Shown here piece after piece: positions 61,728 through 64,000 of a DNA stretch of 64,000 nt. Both the position numbers and the translations under genes were made by a program. How positions within the stretch are numbered: position 1 is the stretch's first letter; each line of letters starts with the position of its first letter. The stretch is from assembly GCA_965200875.1 (NCBI GenBank), contig OZ241456.1, positions 1,280,001 to 1,344,000 of the forward strand. The letters run 5' to 3'. The DNA is from Bdellovibrionales bacterium (GTDB taxonomy: Bacteria; Bdellovibrionota; Bdellovibrionia; Bdellovibrionales; UBA1609). Below the pieces are notes generated by a model. The model was given only the letters and a program-made list of their open reading frames with translations, searched no databases and was not told the DNA's origin.

Positions 61728-63818
61728 TCATTCATCGGAAAGAACCCGTTGCTCTATTTTATCGGGCATAAGCATATATTCCCGCATCTGCATAGAGAAA
61801 CTAGCTCTCCCTTGGCTGACAGAACGAAGGGTTGTCGCATAGCCAAACATATTCACCAAAGGGGCTTGTGCTTTTATGACTTGCAGATGATTTTCCAAAC
61901 TCACTCCTTCCACTTTGGCGCGTCTGGTGTTTAAATCACTTATGACATCACCCAGAAATTCCTCTGGTGTAACAACTTCCAGATCAAATACAGGTTCCAT
62001 GAGCCGACTTTTGTTTTTAGAGAGAGCGTTCCTGAACGCCTGTACTCCCGCTGATTGAAAGGCCGTTTGTATTGCAGTTTCGTTTTCTCCCTGAAATTCC
62101 GCTTTTAGTAAAATAGCTTTTATTCCCAATAATCGGTAACCCATTAGCATTCCTGCGTGAGAGGAATCTTCCACAGATTTTTGAATGTTTATAATGAAAT
62201 CCTGTGGCACATCTTCTTTAATTTGATTTTCAAAAATCAAACCTCTTTTTGTTTTATCAGGTTCTATTTTTAAAACCACCTGAGTAAAATATTTTTGTCC
62301 TCCTATTTCCTTGTCAAAAACACCTGTACCTTCTGAGGTTCTTAAAATAGTTTCCCGGTAGGAAATTTTTGGCGACCCGGTGTTTACTTGCACTTTGTGA
62401 TCTTTCGTGAGACGATGAACCAGCACCTCCAAGTGTAGTTCCCCCATTCCCATGAGAAGAGTTTGTCCCGTCTCCGAATCATAAGAAACAAAACAAGAAG
62501 GATCTTCTTTTTGCAATATTTGTAAAACTTTTATCATTTTTTTTTGATCTGCTGATGATTTTGGTTCAATGACTATGGAAATAACTGGTTCAGGCAAGGT
62601 AATTGACTCCAAAGAAACAGGATGATCCGCTGAACAAAGGGTGTCTCCGGTTTTGGTCCACTTTAAACCTAACACAGCACCTATGTCTCCTGCTTTTAAA
62701 AAAGGTACTTCCTCCCTTGATTTAGAATGAATTTTCAAAAGTTTTTGGATTCTTTCTTTTTTGTGTGCTCTTGTGTTCAATAATTGAGCACTTGGTTTCA
62801 AAACCCCTGAATATACCCTGATATATGTGAGGTGACCCGCAAAAGGATCTTCCATTAATTTAAAAGCCAATACGCAAGCAGGGTGTTCAAAACTCGTGGG
62901 GCAGGATATGTTTTTTCCTGGTGTTTTCCCTTGTCCTTCAATGGGTGGCAAATCCAAAGGACCCGGAAGATAATCTAATACTCCAGACAAAATTTGCTGA
63001 ACACCTTTATTTTTAAGAGCCGATCCGCAAAAAATTGGTGTGATTGCTAAATCCAATGTGGCTTTCCTAAGGGCTTTTTTTATATCTTTTTCCAATATAT
63101 GTTCTTCATTCAGGTATTTTTTCATAACTTTATCATCTGCGGTTGCCGAATGTTCAATAATTTGTGTTCTTGCTGACTGCACTTTTTGTTTATACTCTTC
63201 GGGAATGGGAATAGTGGAATATTTTTCTCCCAGTTCATCCTGATTCCATATAAATGCTTTTCGCTCAATGAGATCAATTACCCCTTGGAAATTATCTTCA
63301 GAACCTATAGGAATTTGCAGACATACAGGAGTGGCTTTTAATTTTTTGGAAATAGAACTCACACTGTCCTGAAAGCTGGCTCCTGTTCGATCCATTTTAT
63401 TGATGAAACAAATTCGGGGAACATGATGTTTATCCGCCTGACGCCACACTGTTTCGCTTTGAGGCTCTACACCGCTAACAGCATCAAACACAACAACAAC
63501 GCCATCCAGAACTCTTAATGATCTTTCCACTTCCACTGTAAAGTCTACATGGCCAGGAGTATCTATAATGTTAATACGATGATTTTGCCAAAAACAAGTG
63601 GTTGCGGCAGAGGTTATGGTGATGCCTCTTTCCTGCTCCTGCTCCATCCAATCCATGATGGTGTTACCTTCATGAACTTCCCCCATTTTATGGCTTTTAC
63701 CGGTGTAGAACAGAATCCTCTCCGTCAAAGTGGTTTTTCCGGCGTCAATATGAGCAATAACCCCAATATTTCGGGTGTGTTTCAAATCCTCAACTGTTTT
63801 AATTTGTAGCGCGGGCAA
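61728..63818 (-). CDS. fusA: elongation factor G with divergent domain IV
   Basis: [27 protein letters not shown] and GMGELHLE motifs; follows rpsG. Confidence 0.93.
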   Translation of the reverse strand: MPALQIKTVEDLKHTRNIGVIAHIDAGKTTLTERILFYTGKSHKMGEVHEGNTIMDWMEQEQERGITITSAATTCFWQNHRINIIDTPGHVDFTVEVERSLRVLDGVVVVFDAVSGVEPQSETVWRQADKHHVPRICFINKMDRTGASFQDSVSSISKKLKATPVCLQIPIGSEDNFQGVIDLIERKAFIWNQDELGEKYSTIPIPEEYKQKVQSARTQIIEHSATADDKVMKKYLNEEHILEKDIKKALRKATLDLAITPIFCGSALKNKGVQQILSGVLDYLPGPLDLPPIEGQGKTPGKNISCPTSFEHPACVLAFKLMEDPFAGHLTYIRVYSGVLKPSAQLLNTRAHKKERIQKLLKIHSKSREEVPFLKAGDIGAVLGLKWTKTGDTLCSADHPVSLESITLPEPVISIVIEPKSSADQKKMIKVLQILQKEDPSCFVSYDSETGQTLLMGMGELHLEVLVHRLTKDHKVQVNTGSPKISYRETILRTSEGTGVFDKEIGGQKYFTQVVLKIEPDKTKRGLIFENQIKEDVPQDFIINIQKSVEDSSHAGMLMGYRLLGIKAILLKAEFQGENETAIQTAFQSAGVQAFRNALSKNKSRLMEPVFDLEVVTPEEFLGDVISDLNTRRAKVEGVSLENHLQVIKAQAPLVNMFGYATTLRSVSQGRASFSMQMREYMLMPDKIEQRVLSDE

Positions 63819-63913
63819 ACCTTAGGCCTCTCTTAAGTTTTTATTACAAATTTTTCCTGATTCCTTTTTAAGAAAAAGCGAAAACATTAAACCCCGGATA
63901 AATATAAAAAACA

Positions 63914-64000
63914 TTACCAGTTATAGTGAGAAAAAGCTCGATTGGATTCAGCCATACGATGAACATCCTCTTTTTTCTTTATGGAAGAACCTTTTTTGTT
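63914..64000 (-). CDS. rpsG: 3' end of 30S ribosomal protein S7 (partial, not in ORF track)
   Basis: NKKGSSIKKKEDVHRMAESNRAFSHYNW*. Confidence 0.93.
   Translation of the reverse strand, partial: NKKGSSIKKKEDVHRMAESNRAFSHYNW

Noticed and set aside
1..64000. tRNA or rRNA genes
   Set aside because: None recognised by eye in the intergenic regions; tRNAscan-SE or Infernal would be needed to exclude them

Overview
AT-rich bacterial chromosome segment. Gene content and order suggest Bdellovibrionota or a related delta-type lineage (inference only). The backbone carries the 3' part of a type II secretion operon (gspG end, H, I, J, K, L, M, N), grxC-purK-purE, fabH-fabD-fabG-acpP-fabF-rpiB-glyA, an M23 lipoprotein, thrS-infC (ATT start), ribD, Phe/Tyr and Leu catabolism genes, Fe-S genes, an LD-carboxypeptidase, ftsB-polA, adk, yicC, a BamA/TamA-type gene, an FKBP and rpsG(3' end)-fusA. 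Accessory region 1 (19.4-26.5 kb) holds three prepilin-type genes. One is a ~832-aa Cys-rich repeat protein split by a 1-nt frameshift, another has a C11 tract that could act as a phase-variation switch, and a MITE-like element sits between two of them. Accessory region 2 (40.3-50.4 kb) holds two near-identical IS3 (IS2-group) copies, each with its own 4-bp TSD. Removing them restores a signal-peptide protein built of RNA polymerase alpha-CTD repeats and an Rpn-like gene. The region also has three secreted pentapeptide-repeat paralogs, serine recombinase and endonuclease fragments, two ~157-bp long-hairpin elements interleaved with genes, and an orphan terminase. Best novelty candidates: exported proteins with a signal peptide plus C-x-x-A-F motif and cytoplasm-acting payloads (alpha-CTD repeats, RelE-like fold), the hairpin/gene cassette-like array, and the switchable Cys-rich pilin cluster. 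All family calls come from visual motif recognition; no searches were run.
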